From a candidate division FCPU426 bacterium (GTDB lineage: Bacteria; Oederibacteriota; Muellerivitia; Muellerivitales; Muellerivitaceae), in assembly GCA_963830915.1 (NCBI GenBank), contig CAWHOE010000054.1, positions 1-64,000 of the forward strand: DNA of 64,000 bases, in the 5' to 3' direction. The stretch's first letter is position 1. Each line of letters starts with the position of its first letter. Under the pieces are notes generated by a model. That model worked only from the letters and a program-made list of their open reading frames with translations. It ran no database searches and had not been told where the DNA came from. Position numbers and translations under genes: made by a program. Shown here in pieces: positions 51,376 through 63,852 of this stretch.

Positions 51376-51849
51376 ATGTGGAGAAGCATTAAAAACTTTT
51401 TTTCCAAAAGTAACGATTATATGGAAATTGTTCCTAAGTGGCTGATGATTGGGCCTATTTTTTTCCTAGATTACATTGGGCTATTTGTGAAATGCACATT
51501 TTCTAATTTACCCGCTTTTTTGAGAGCGCTTATTGAGTTTTCGTTGTTTGCTTCTCCAACAATATTAGTTGCGTTTTTATTTAGAACATTTGAGAAAAAA
51601 AGGGGGAACTTTTCCGGGAAAACAGAAGGGGAAGAGGGTACTTTCTTCGCAGGGGTCCCTAAATGGCTCTGGCCTTTGCCTTTTATTTTGACTCCGTGGT
51701 TAGACACTTATTTAGTTCACTATTACCCCGATTTGTTTTGGGTAATCAGGGCAATATTTCTAATCGTTGTTCTTTATTTGATGGCTTTTATAAGCGCCAT
51801 TATTTGCAAAATAATTCTGCAGATAAAAACAGATGTTAGGAAAAAGTAA
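51376..51849 (+). CDS. Hypothetical AT-rich membrane protein
   Basis: About 4 hydrophobic segments and a duplicated VPKWL motif; start codon uncertain. Confidence 0.5.
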   Translation: MWRSIKNFFSKSNDYMEIVPKWLMIGPIFFLDYIGLFVKCTFSNLPAFLRALIEFSLFASPTILVAFLFRTFEKKRGNFSGKTEGEEGTFFAGVPKWLWPLPFILTPWLDTYLVHYYPDLFWVIRAIFLIVVLYLMAFISAIICKIILQIKTDVRKK

Positions 51850-52019
51850 TATTGAGAAACGAACTTGAATGAAGAAACAACAAAATATACTGGGTCAGGC
51901 ACACCCGTCCCGGCGTTGGGCAGGGCCATTAACCATTTATTCTTTGTCCGCGATGGGGACCCGTCCTGGACAAGCAAATGATGTCTTTGGTTGTTAATTC
52001 CTAACGCGAGGTTTCATTA

Positions 52020-52436
52020 ATGCTCAAAAACATTTTTCCCCACAAGAACTCGGTCAGCATCGAACTGCCGGTCATGTCCTACGAGACGGATTTTGTGGGA
52101 GTGGTCAACAACACCGAATTCATCCGCTTCATCGAGCGGGTGCGCTACGCTCTAGGCAAGAAATTCGGCTTCTCCTTCAAACAGGTCCGAAACGCCAAGA
52201 TGTGGGTGGTGATGGCCCGGGTAGAGATCAACTACCGCGCCCCGGCGCACTTTGAGGACCTCCTCATCGGCACGGGCTGGGTGGAGAAGGTGGGCAACAC
52301 ATCCATGACCCTGTCCTACGAGTTCCGTATGAAGGGAACGGGCCGGCTGATCGTGGACGCCAAGCAAGTGATGGTCTTCATCGACCATAAGTTCAAGCCA
52401 ACGCCCATCCCACTCTCCGTCCGCAAGAAGCTGTAA
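52020..52436 (+). CDS. Acyl-CoA thioesterase (4HBT/YbgC hotdog fold)
   Basis: ETDFVGVVNN, INYRAPA, VGNTS. Confidence 0.88.
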   Translation: MLKNIFPHKNSVSIELPVMSYETDFVGVVNNTEFIRFIERVRYALGKKFGFSFKQVRNAKMWVVMARVEINYRAPAHFEDLLIGTGWVEKVGNTSMTLSYEFRMKGTGRLIVDAKQVMVFIDHKFKPTPIPLSVRKKL

Positions 52437-52536
52437 TTATTAAATAAATTGGCCACTTTATTGGGCCAATCCTCTTGTAAATCGGGTCATGGGGAGTTAT
52501 TTTAATTTTCTGATCAAATAGAAATAAGGTTAAAGC

Positions 52537-53754
52537 ATGCCCAAGAAGAAAAAGAGCAAAGTCAGCGCCAATAGCCTTCAGGAACAATTATTGGCTCTCA
52601 ATAAGATAGGTATCGCCCTCTCCAAAGAACAAGATCTCAACCAGCTTCTCACCCTCATCCTCACCGAAAGCCGTCAGTTCACCAATTGCGAAGGCGGAAG
52701 CCTGTACGTCCGCGAGGGCAACCAACTGCGTTTCGCGGTCAGCCAGAACGACGTGTTGGAAGCCCGCAAGAAAGCCGAAGCCAAGGCGCAGAAAAGGCCC
52801 TTGGATGTCATCCCCTCCAATTTTTCCGGTTTCTACCTTTCGCTGGATAAGAGCTCACTGGCCGGCTATGTCGGCGTGACCGCCAAGGTCCTGAACATCC
52901 CGGACGCCTATAAGATCCCCGCGAACCGCGAGTACAAGGTCAACCGCTCCTTCGACGAGAAGAACAATTACCGCACCCAGAGCATCCTGATCGTTCCCAT
53001 GAAGGACGCCTCAGGCAACGTCGTCGGGGTCATCCAACTCATCAACGCCCGAAAGGGAAAGAAGATCATCCCCTTCGATAAGCACTATGAGAACCTGGTG
53101 CTCTCCCTGGCCAGCCAGGCCGCCATCACCATCAAGAACGCCTTGTTGACCCAGGAACTCAAGGAAGCCTACCTGGATACAATCTTCCGTCTGTCGGTCG
53201 CCGCCGAGTACAAGGACGACGACACGGCGGTCCACATCCACCGCATGAGCCGCTATTCGGCCATCCTGGCGGAGGGGTTGGGCCTGTCGGTGCAAGAAGT
53301 GGAAAGCATCCGTTTCGCTTCCCCCATGCATGATATCGGCAAGTTGGGCGTGCCCGATTCCATCCTCATGAAGCCGGGCAAGTTGACGCCCGCCGAATTC
53401 AAGGAAATGCAGAACCACACGGTGTTCGGCGGAAAGATATTGGAGAACGCCAAGGCGGAGTTGTTGAAAGTCTCGGAAGTCATCGCCCTGAGCCATCACG
53501 AGAAGTGGGACGGGTCTGGTTACCCGCGGGGCCTGAAGGGCGAAAGCATCCCCCTCATGGGCCGCATCGTGGCGTTGGCCGACGTGTTCGACGCCTTGAC
53601 CACCAAGCGCTGTTACAAACCCGCTTTCTCTTTGGAAGAATCCCTCAAGATCATCCGAGAAGGGACGGGCCGGCACTTCGATCCCAACGTGGTGCAGTCC
53701 TTCAACAACAGCATCGAGAAGATCCTCGCCGTCAAATCACAATTCAGCAACTGA
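52537..53754 (+). CDS. GAF-HD-GYP cyclic-dinucleotide phosphodiesterase
   Basis: GAF domain (FDEKNNYRTQSILIVPM..GVIQLIN); HDIGK, HHEKWDGSGYP, ADVFDAL. Confidence 0.92.
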   Translation: MPKKKKSKVSANSLQEQLLALNKIGIALSKEQDLNQLLTLILTESRQFTNCEGGSLYVREGNQLRFAVSQNDVLEARKKAEAKAQKRPLDVIPSNFSGFYLSLDKSSLAGYVGVTAKVLNIPDAYKIPANREYKVNRSFDEKNNYRTQSILIVPMKDASGNVVGVIQLINARKGKKIIPFDKHYENLVLSLASQAAITIKNALLTQELKEAYLDTIFRLSVAAEYKDDDTAVHIHRMSRYSAILAEGLGLSVQEVESIRFASPMHDIGKLGVPDSILMKPGKLTPAEFKEMQNHTVFGGKILENAKAELLKVSEVIALSHHEKWDGSGYPRGLKGESIPLMGRIVALADVFDALTTKRCYKPAFSLEESLKIIREGTGRHFDPNVVQSFNNSIEKILAVKSQFSN

Positions 53755-53876
53755 TACAGTCCTGTTAGTTCAAAATCCAACCCAAAAAATATTTGCCACA
53801 GATTCATGGGATTTATGGGATCAAAAAAACGTATAAAATTTGATGCCTATCCACAAAGCTCATCTTACAAATGGGG

Positions 53877-53973
53877 CTCCCCCTTTGAAAAAGGGGGTAG
53901 GGGGGTATTAGTCGTTGTCGAAATAGTCCGAAAAAACTAACTCCCCCTTGTTCCCCCTCTTTCAGAGGGGGAG
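53877..53973. repeat. Inverted pair of REP-like palindromes
   Basis: CTCCCCCTTTGAAAAAGGGGGTAGGGGGG...CTCCCCCTTGTTCCCCCTCTTTCAGAGGGGGAG. Confidence 0.7.
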
Positions 53974-54365
53974 ACGGCGCGACCAACAAGTTGACGAAAG
54001 TCCAGATCAAGGTGCGCTTTGCGGATAGGCATGAAAACTTTGTTTATCTATGCGTGAACACAGGCAATACACCCTGCCGCGAATCATTAAAGAAGTCAGC
54101 ACAAACTTAATCCCATGATAAGAACTACCGAGCTGGAACGAGCGAACCTCTTTTTTCATCCAAGAAAATCCATCAAGGCTGAATGGTTTTTTACTATGGG
54201 GTTTTTCACGCTGGATTGCTTTATTTTTAAGGGCATCTGGAACCGACAAATTTGTCGATAACACACATTATTTTTTGAAGAATTATTTGAGGAATCATTT
54301 GATTGGCAGGGTCTTTGGTTTTAGTCTATAGCACCGTTGGCAAGAAAAATCACAAGGAGAGTCGA

Positions 54366-56535
<2,170 letters not shown>

Positions 56536-56549
56536 AAGCGAGAAGCACC

Positions 56550-56588
56550 AAGACCGCTAATGGGAAACCGTTAGCGGTCTTTTTTTTT
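56550..56588 (+). terminator. Intrinsic terminator after glnA, overlapping the stop of the convergent gene
   Basis: AGACCGCTAA-tgggaaaccg-TTAGCGGTCT followed by a T run. Confidence 0.85.
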
Positions 56589-57350
56589 GGAGTCGGTCTT
56601 TCCCAGCAGTTGAAGCAGGCCGTCCAGGATGGTCAGGGGATGGGGAGGACAGCCGGGGATGTACAAATCCACGGGAAGGACCGAATCGGCCCCGTTGTGG
56701 ACCTCCGGGTTGCCCATGAAGGGCCCGCCGGAAATGGCGCAGGCGCCCACGGCGATGACCAGCTTGGGCGAGGCCACGGCCTCGTAGGTGAGCTTCAGGG
56801 CTTCCTTCATGTTCTGGGTGACGGGTCCGGTGATCAAGAGCCCGTCCGCGTGCCGGGGCGAGGCCACGAACTGCACGCCGAAACGGGAAAGATCGAAGAC
56901 GATGTTGTTCAAGACCGCCACGTCATGCTCACAGGCGTTGCACCCGCCCGCGCTGACCTGCCGGAGCTTCAGGGACCTGCCGAAGAGGCGCATCATTTGT
57001 TTTTCCAAAGCCTCGACCCGGGGGTTCAAAAGCCCCTTATCGATGACCAAGCCCTCCCTGGTGCGGGAGGAAAGGCTGAAGTCCCCGCTGAAGGAGACCG
57101 CGCCCGAGGGACAAGCGTCGAAACATTCGGTACAGAAAAGACATTTACCCATATCCAATCGAAGTTCCTTCCCCTTTTGGGAGATGGCCTGGGTTGGACA
57201 AGCCTTCACGCATTCCCCGCAGCCCGCGGGGCATTTCGTAGAGTCGAGCACGGGAAGACCGCGATAACGGTCGGACAGGGTCATCCCGGTCAAGGGGTCG
57301 GGGACCGTATGGTGTCCCTGCTTCAGTCTGGCGAAGATGGAGTCAAACAT
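56571..57350 (-). CDS. Ferredoxin-NuoB/HyfI-like small subunit fusion (Ehr complex)
   Basis: Two Cys clusters (CPAGCGEC..ACP, CLFCTEC..ACP), AGGCNAC, SPRHAD, GACA, PGCPPHP. Confidence 0.88.
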   Translation of the reverse strand: MFDSIFARLKQGHHTVPDPLTGMTLSDRYRGLPVLDSTKCPAGCGECVKACPTQAISQKGKELRLDMGKCLFCTECFDACPSGAVSFSGDFSLSSRTREGLVIDKGLLNPRVEALEKQMMRLFGRSLKLRQVSAGGCNACEHDVAVLNNIVFDLSRFGVQFVASPRHADGLLITGPVTQNMKEALKLTYEAVASPKLVIAVGACAISGGPFMGNPEVHNGADSVLPVDLYIPGCPPHPLTILDGLLQLLGKTDSKKKDR

Positions 57351-57359
57351 TTCTTTTCC

Positions 57360-58862
57360 TCATAGGTCATGTCCGCAATAGGACAGGTTGAAACTTTTAT
57401 TGCACAGGGGGAAATCGGAGATATCCCCGCCCCTCATGGCGACGGCCAGGCCCATCCAGTTGTGGAAGGAGGGGTCCACGATCTTGTAACGGGAGAATTT
57501 GCCCTTGGGCCCGGTCACGGCCACATGGCAAATCTCCCCCCGCCAGCCTTCCACTAGCGAGACAGCCAAGCGCTTGGGTTTCAGGGCAGGGACCTTGATG
57601 GCCAAGGGGCCTTCGGGCAGGAACTTGAGCAGTTCCCGGATGAATTGGACGGACCTTTGGATCTCCAGCCAGCGCACATAAGCCCTGGAAAAAACATCAC
57701 CGTTACTCCAGATGGAAACTGGGATATGGAAAAAGCGGTAAAGACCCAGAGGATGGTCCCGGCGGACGTCCCGGTCCAGGCCGGAGGCCCGGGCGGCTGG
57801 GCCCACCATCCCCAACCGCTCGGCGGTGTCTTTCGTTAAAAGCCCCGTCCCCTCGAAACGGGAGAGAAGGGAAGTCTGGGTGAAGAGCAATTCCACCGCG
57901 GGTTTCAGGTCGGCCATGGCCTTGTCGAGCCTTTTGGAAAGTTCCGTGACCCTGGCCGGCTCCAGGTCGAACCTTACCCCGCCCGGCTTGACCAGGCCCC
58001 GTCCGAAGCGGTTCCCGCAGATGAGGGCGGTCAGGTTGAGGAAATCCCCCCGAAGCCTGCCGCAATAGGAAGAGGTGGGCAGGTATCCCACATCGTTGGC
58101 CATGTTTCCCAGGTCGCCCGTATGGTTGGCGATACGTTCCAATTCCAAAGCGATCTCTCGGATACAAAGGGCCCGGGCCGGTAGGCTTTCCCCGATACCG
58201 GCCAGGGATTCTAAGTTCCGCGCGTAAGCGATGGCGTGGCCCAGGGTGGTATCACCCGCCAGGGTTTCCATGACCCGGGGGGAAAGAGGATAGGGTCCGC
58301 CGACGAGGGAGCGTTCCACTCCCCGGTGTTGATAGCCCAGAGATATCTCCAGGTGCAATATCTTCTCGCCGTGGCATTGGAACCGAAAATGTCCCGGCTC
58401 GATGATGCCGGCGTGGACGGGGCCCACGGAGACCTCATGGACCTCGGTCCCGACCACCTGGAAGTGGTCGGTCACTCCCGGCAGGACCTGGGTTTTCTTC
58501 CCGACCCAGGGGGAATGGAATCGGACCGGTTTGGACCAGGGATGGCCCTGGGGCGTCAGGCCCCATTGTTCCTGGATCTCCCGCTCGAATAGATGGGCCT
58601 GGGGCGCTTGGGGAGTCAGGGACGGGTAGGCGCCGGAAACCTTGGTGGAGAACACTTCCAATGTCCCGGAAAAGTCCAAAGCGATGACGGCGGTCAAAAC
58701 CAAGGTCTTGTCCTTTGCGGGAGACGCGAAGAGGGAACAAAGCCTTCCCCCGGTCTCAATGAGTTCGATGATCTTTTTCTGGAAAGCGTCCAGGGAAAGG
58801 TTCGGCAGACCGGAGAGGGCGGTCGATTGGCCGTTGGAAAGGGACAGGGTGGTGGGGGCCAT
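57360..58862 (-). CDS. HyfG/NuoCD-like large subunit lacking NiFe ligands (EhrL)
   Basis: FERE, VGPVHAGIIEPGHFRF, LELERIANH, VEGWRGE, C-terminal DFPLCNKSFNLSYCGHDL. Confidence 0.88.
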   Translation of the reverse strand: MAPTTLSLSNGQSTALSGLPNLSLDAFQKKIIELIETGGRLCSLFASPAKDKTLVLTAVIALDFSGTLEVFSTKVSGAYPSLTPQAPQAHLFEREIQEQWGLTPQGHPWSKPVRFHSPWVGKKTQVLPGVTDHFQVVGTEVHEVSVGPVHAGIIEPGHFRFQCHGEKILHLEISLGYQHRGVERSLVGGPYPLSPRVMETLAGDTTLGHAIAYARNLESLAGIGESLPARALCIREIALELERIANHTGDLGNMANDVGYLPTSSYCGRLRGDFLNLTALICGNRFGRGLVKPGGVRFDLEPARVTELSKRLDKAMADLKPAVELLFTQTSLLSRFEGTGLLTKDTAERLGMVGPAARASGLDRDVRRDHPLGLYRFFHIPVSIWSNGDVFSRAYVRWLEIQRSVQFIRELLKFLPEGPLAIKVPALKPKRLAVSLVEGWRGEICHVAVTGPKGKFSRYKIVDPSFHNWMGLAVAMRGGDISDFPLCNKSFNLSYCGHDL

Positions 58863-60324
58863 TTAGAACCCCCCTAATTGGGAGGCGGCGAGATTGAGCA
58901 GATGGGCCATGCTTTCGGGCAGGTAAAACCCGAACAAGAGCACCAGGGTCAAAAGCAGGGCCGGAGGCAGGATCATGGCCAGATCGTCCGAACCCTTGGG
59001 TTGGTCCGGGGAGGCGTGCCCCAGGGACATGCGCAAGAAGGCCGCGGCCATCCCGATGAAGATGAAGGTCAGAAAAAATAGATAGAGGACCGACGCCGCT
59101 GGATGGTGATGGTAGGCCGCCCGGAAGATCATCAATTCGCTGAAAAAGGTGCCGAAGGGTGGGGTGCCTGTGATGGAAAAAAATCCGGCCAGCCATAGAA
59201 AGCCCGTGACGGGAAGGACCTTGAGGACGCCTTTGACATCCGTAACTTGTTTGGACTTGTAGACCGCCAGGATGTTCCCGGCCAGCAGGAAGAGGGCCGC
59301 CTTGGTGAGTGAGTGGTTCACAGCGTGGAAGAGCGTGGCGAAGGAAGCCCCGGCCCCCAAGCCGAAGGCCAGGATGCCCATGTGCTCCACGCTGGAATAG
59401 GCCAGGAGGCGTTTGTAGTCCGGCTGGCCGAGGATGAAAACGACAGCCACCACCAGGGAGAAGAGACCGAAACCGAGGAAATAGGTCCGCGCGTAGTCGC
59501 CCCAGCCGGCCCTTTGAAGCAGGATATAAACCCGCAACAAACCAAGGAAAGCGCAGTTCAACAGGGCCCCGGAAAGAAGCGCGGATACCACCGAGGGCGA
59601 CTCACTGTGGGCGTCAGGCAGCCAGGTGTGCAGGGGGGCCAACCCCATTTTCGTCCCGTACCCCACCAGAAGGAAAAGAAAGGCCGCCTTCAGCCAGGCC
59701 GGATGGAGGGTGACCGCCAGGGAAAGCATGCTGTTGAAGGTCAGGTCGGTCGCGGAGCCGTTCACGGCGGCGGAAGCGGCCAGGAAGAAATTCCCCAGCA
59801 AGGCCAGGGCGATACCTACCGAGCAGATCAAAAGATATTTCCAGGTGGCTTCCAGCGACCGGTGGTGCCGGTGGAAATAGATCAGCGGGGCGCTGGTCAA
59901 GGTGGTGGCCTCGATAGCCACCCAGAGCAGTCCGAAATGCTGGCTCATGGTCACCAGTGACATAGTGGAAAGAAAGAGCAGAAAGACAGCCGATGAAGAT
60001 GGACTCGGGATTGTTGGTAAAGAGCAGACCCGTTTCCACGATGTCCTGATGGACGCCTTGTTGTTCCGAACCTAAATAGCGGAAGGCATAAAGGGAAGCC
60101 ATGGCGAAAAGCAGGCTGGTGATGGAAAGAAAGACCAAGCCCAGCGGATCCAACGCCACCAATCCGCCCAGGGCGGAGGGATTGGGATGGGACCAGGCGT
60201 TGAAGACCAAAAGAAGATGGATGAATGCGGTGATAACAAGCAAGGAACGCCGGACCAGGGAACGGCGTATGAAAAAACAAGACAGCCCCGCGATGGCCGG
60301 TATGAAAAAGAGGGCGAGGGTCAT
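58863..60324 (-). CDS. hyfF: HyfF-like antiporter-type membrane subunit (1-nt frameshift near 59982)
   Basis: ORF 59614-60324 joins 58863-59963; LWVAIEATT, EATWKY, GYGTKMGLAPLHTWLPDAH, KRLLAYSS. Confidence 0.82.
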
Positions 60325-60974
60325 GGCTTATTGTCCTTGAGGGTCGAGAGGCGGTTGGTGTCGATATGGTCGAACTCCCTCTGGATATGGAACACGATGA
60401 CGCCCATCACGAAGACCGCCACGAAAACGTCCAGCAACACACCCAGCTCCACCAACAGGGGCTGTTCCAGGGCCAGGGAGACACCCAAGACATAGATGCC
60501 GTTCTCCAGGACCAGGTAGCCCAGGATCTGCGAGACGGCCAACCGGCGACCGATGAGGATGAGGAATCCCACCGCCATGGTGAAGAATCCCATGGCCAGG
60601 TTCAGGGAAGGGACCTGGAGGGTTAGGGTGGGAAGCCGTGAGGCGGCGACGAAGGAAAGCCCCAGGGCCAGGACGCTCAGGGCGATGGAGGGGAACATGC
60701 CCAACAGAGGCTCGCTTTCCCGGTTGACGCTCACATCCCGGATGGCCAGGGAAAGGAAAAAGGGAAAGACCCAACCCTTGATGAAAACCGAGAGCAGGGA
60801 GAAAAGGAAAAGATAAACGAAGGGCTTGGAAGAATGGACCGAGAGGGGAAGCAGGCCCACCAGGACGCCTTGCAGGGCCACCCACTGGATGCCGGTGCGC
60901 AATTGATGGGAGGTCAACAGCAGGAAGTCCAACAGGCAGAGGATGAGCAGGGCGGTTTCCAGGAGATGGCTCAT
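60321..60974 (-). CDS. hyfE: HyfE-like membrane subunit
   Basis: GYLVLENGIY, ELGVLLDVF; ATG 60974. Confidence 0.82.
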   Translation of the reverse strand: MSHLLETALLILCLLDFLLLTSHQLRTGIQWVALQGVLVGLLPLSVHSSKPFVYLFLFSLLSVFIKGWVFPFFLSLAIRDVSVNRESEPLLGMFPSIALSVLALGLSFVAASRLPTLTLQVPSLNLAMGFFTMAVGFLILIGRRLAVSQILGYLVLENGIYVLGVSLALEQPLLVELGVLLDVFVAVFVMGVIVFHIQREFDHIDTNRLSTLKDNKP

Positions 60975-61876
60975 AGCCCCACCTTCAAGACCTGGATCAA
61001 TCCCAGGACCGCCATGATGGCCGCGCCCATCAGCAGCGCCGGGACCCGGTCCAGTTTCACCCGGGCCATGACCGACTCCACCAGTCCGACGGCGACCCCG
61101 ATCAGAGCCACGCCCGCCAGGAAAGATAAGGCTCCCCCAAGCCCTTCCAGGCGATTGGGAAGCAGGACCTGGGTCAGGACGGAGGCGAAGACCCACAATT
61201 TCAAGGAGGCGGTGTATTCCACATAGGCCAGGTCCGGACCGCTGTAATCCAGGATCATCACCTCATGGATCATGGTCAGTTCCAGATGGGTGTTGGGATC
61301 ATCCACCGGAACCCGGCTGTTCTCGGTCAGAAGAAGGATGAAAAGGGCCACGGCCCAGAAAACCAGGGCCGCCCCATCCGTGCCCCAGGCCTGGGAGGGG
61401 AAACGGAGCATTTCGTTGAGGCTATTGGAAGAGGCGACGTGGGAAAGGCCCAACAGGACGATGAGCAGGATGGGCTCGGTCAGGCAAGAAAAGAAGGCTT
61501 CCCGGCTGGCGCCCATGCCCTCGAAGCTGGAACCAGTGTCCAGGGCGGCCAGGATGGTGGAATAACGGCACAGGGCCAAGAGGCCGGTCAATAGGAGGAG
61601 GTCGCCGCTGAAAGGAAGCGCGGAAGAAAACCCCGCGGCGGGGATGAGGAGCAAGGCGACAGAAAGACAGGCCAGTCCGACCGCCGGGGTCAGTCTCAGG
61701 ACCCAGGAGGAGGTCTGGCTATAGACCGTGCCCTTTCCCAGGAGCCGGGCTAGGTCGTAATAGACCTGGAACCAGCGGGGGCCCTTGCGTCCGGCCAGGA
61801 GGGCTTTGGTCTTGTTGATCACGCCCAACAGCAAGGGGGACAGGAGCAGGGGGAGGAGGATGGTCAGGGGGTTCAT
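60971..61876 (-). CDS. hyfC: HyfC/NuoH-like membrane subunit
   Basis: GRKGP, ALDTGSSFEGMGASRE, ENSRVPVDDPNTHLELTMIHE. Confidence 0.88.
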   Translation of the reverse strand: MNPLTILLPLLLSPLLLGVINKTKALLAGRKGPRWFQVYYDLARLLGKGTVYSQTSSWVLRLTPAVGLACLSVALLLIPAAGFSSALPFSGDLLLLTGLLALCRYSTILAALDTGSSFEGMGASREAFFSCLTEPILLIVLLGLSHVASSNSLNEMLRFPSQAWGTDGAALVFWAVALFILLLTENSRVPVDDPNTHLELTMIHEVMILDYSGPDLAYVEYTASLKLWVFASVLTQVLLPNRLEGLGGALSFLAGVALIGVAVGLVESVMARVKLDRVPALLMGAAIMAVLGLIQVLKVGL

Positions 61877-63852
61877 GGGACCACCAGCGAACTGAGGAAT
61901 AGGGCCAGCAGGGTGAGGGCGATGTAAAGCAGGTAAGCCTGGATCCGGCCCTGTTGGATCCACCGGCCCGCCATCAACCCGTCCCGGAAGCGGCGGTAGA
62001 AAGGAAGCACCAGGCTGTCCTTGGCCGGATCGGGGGTTTGGGTGGAATAATCCGAACCGGAGGGGAAGAGGCCTTCCGGTGGATGGGATTGGGTCCGGGG
62101 TCTTAACAGGGACCGGAAAAAGTTCATCACCGGTTGGGTGAAGGAAGAGGCCGTGTACTGCATCCTTGGGGTGGGTCGGACATAGGCGCATCCCCAGGTG
62201 GGGGCGTCAGCGGTGGGCTGGGAAGCGACACGCCAACGGCGGAAAGATTCCAGGACCAGCGCCATGAGAAAGAAGAGACCGAAAACCAGGGAGAGCATGG
62301 TCAAGGACTCGATCGGGGAACCAAGCTCGGCTGAAACCACGAAGGAAGGCAGACCGACAGCCTTGGCCACGACCGGCGAAAAGAGATCGATGATCACGGG
62401 AGAGAAGATCCCGACCGCCAGGCAAGCAAGGGCCAGGAAGGCCATGGGCAGGCGCATGGGCCAACCGCATTCTTGGGTAGTTCTCTCGCTCCTGGGCTTT
62501 CCCAAAAAGACGATCCCCACGACCTTGGTGAAGCAGGCGATGGCCAGGCCCCCGATCAACCCCAGCGAACCGACGGCGGCCAAAAGCGCCAGCATCAAGC
62601 CGTAGGAGGATTGAGGGAATCCGTGAAAAGCGGAAAGGAAGATGAGGAACTCGCTGACGAAGCCGTTCAAGAGAGGAAGGCCGCAGATGGCGGCGGACCC
62701 GACCAGGAACAAGAGCGCGGTCCAGGGCATGGTCTTGATCAGGCCGCCCAGGAGGCTCATTTCCCTCGTGCCCGTTCCTTTCAAGACCGAACCGGCGCCG
62801 AGAAAGAGAAGGCTTTTATATAGGGCGTGGTTCAGGACATGCAGCAATCCGCCGGTGAAACCCAGGACGGCCAAAAGGGGCAGGTGATAGGAAAGCCCCA
62901 ACAGACCCAGGCCCAACCCTAAGGTGATGATGCCGATATTTTCCACGCTGGAATAGGCGAGCAGGCGTTTCAGGTCCTGTTGGGCCATGGCCAAGAGGAT
63001 GCCCAGAATGCCGGAGACGGCCCCGGCGCCAAGCAGCAGATATCCCCAGGTAGGGGGAGGCTGGCCCAGGAAGGTCAGGGCCCGGACTAGGCCGTAAATG
63101 CCCATTTTGATGAGCACACCCGACATCAAAGCGGACACATGGCTGGGGGCCGCGGGATGGGCCTCAGGTAACCAGACGTGGAATGGCACCAGACCGGCCT
63201 TGATGCCGAACCCCACCAGGGCGCAAAGGAAAAGGAGGGTGGGGTTGGAAAGGGCCAGGCCCGGCTGGAGGAATTGGTCGAAATCGAAACCGCCCGCTTG
63301 CTCTCCCAGGGAGAAAAAGAAAAAGGTGAGGAAGGCCAGGCCGATGTGGGAGGCCACCAGGTAGAGAAGGCCCGCCCGACGGACCTCCTTATGGTCATGG
63401 TCCAGGACCACCAGGAAGTAGGAGGAAAGGGACATCAGCTCCCAGGCCGCGAGGAAAAGGACCGCGTTGGCTGAACAAACCACCAACATCATGCTGGCTG
63501 TTAACAGGTGGAACCAGAACCAATGGGGACCCAATTTTTTTTCGGAAGGGTCGAGATATTGGGTGCCGTACAAGGCGGTCAGGAACGAGAGAAGAAGGAT
63601 AAGAAAAAGGAAAAAAGCGGAAAGGGCGTCGAGTTTCAGGATGAAATTTCCCATCGGTCCGTTCCAAGGGACAGAGAAAAGAAGAGGGGAACCGTCCTGG
63701 AATATTTCCCACAAGGAGGGGATAAGGACAAGACCCGACAGCAGAGGCCCGGCGGGAGCCAACCAACGCAATAGTCTTGGTCTTGCGGAAAGGAAAAGGC
63801 ACAGGACCGAAGTGAGGACGAGCCACGAGAGGCTCAAGCCCAAGGGATTCAT
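61873..63852 (-). CDS. hyfB: HyfB-like antiporter-type membrane subunit
   Basis: WELMSL, KAGLVPFHVWLPEAHPAAPS, KRLLAYSSVEN, NHALYK, TWGCAY. Confidence 0.88.
   Translation of the reverse strand: MNPLGLSLSWLVLTSVLCLFLSARPRLLRWLAPAGPLLSGLVLIPSLWEIFQDGSPLLFSVPWNGPMGNFILKLDALSAFFLFLILLLSFLTALYGTQYLDPSEKKLGPHWFWFHLLTASMMLVVCSANAVLFLAAWELMSLSSYFLVVLDHDHKEVRRAGLLYLVASHIGLAFLTFFFFSLGEQAGGFDFDQFLQPGLALSNPTLLFLCALVGFGIKAGLVPFHVWLPEAHPAAPSHVSALMSGVLIKMGIYGLVRALTFLGQPPPTWGYLLLGAGAVSGILGILLAMAQQDLKRLLAYSSVENIGIITLGLGLGLLGLSYHLPLLAVLGFTGGLLHVLNHALYKSLLFLGAGSVLKGTGTREMSLLGGLIKTMPWTALLFLVGSAAICGLPLLNGFVSEFLIFLSAFHGFPQSSYGLMLALLAAVGSLGLIGGLAIACFTKVVGIVFLGKPRSERTTQECGWPMRLPMAFLALACLAVGIFSPVIIDLFSPVVAKAVGLPSFVVSAELGSPIESLTMLSLVFGLFFLMALVLESFRRWRVASQPTADAPTWGCAYVRPTPRMQYTASSFTQPVMNFFRSLLRPRTQSHPPEGLFPSGSDYSTQTPDPAKDSLVLPFYRRFRDGLMAGRWIQQGRIQAYLLYIALTLLALFLSSLVVP

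Noticed and set aside
54302..54320. Sigma54 promoter upstream of glnA (TTGGCAGGGTCTTTGG)
   Set aside because: The -12 element reads TTGG rather than TTGC, and no supporting activator sites were seen; too weak to call.
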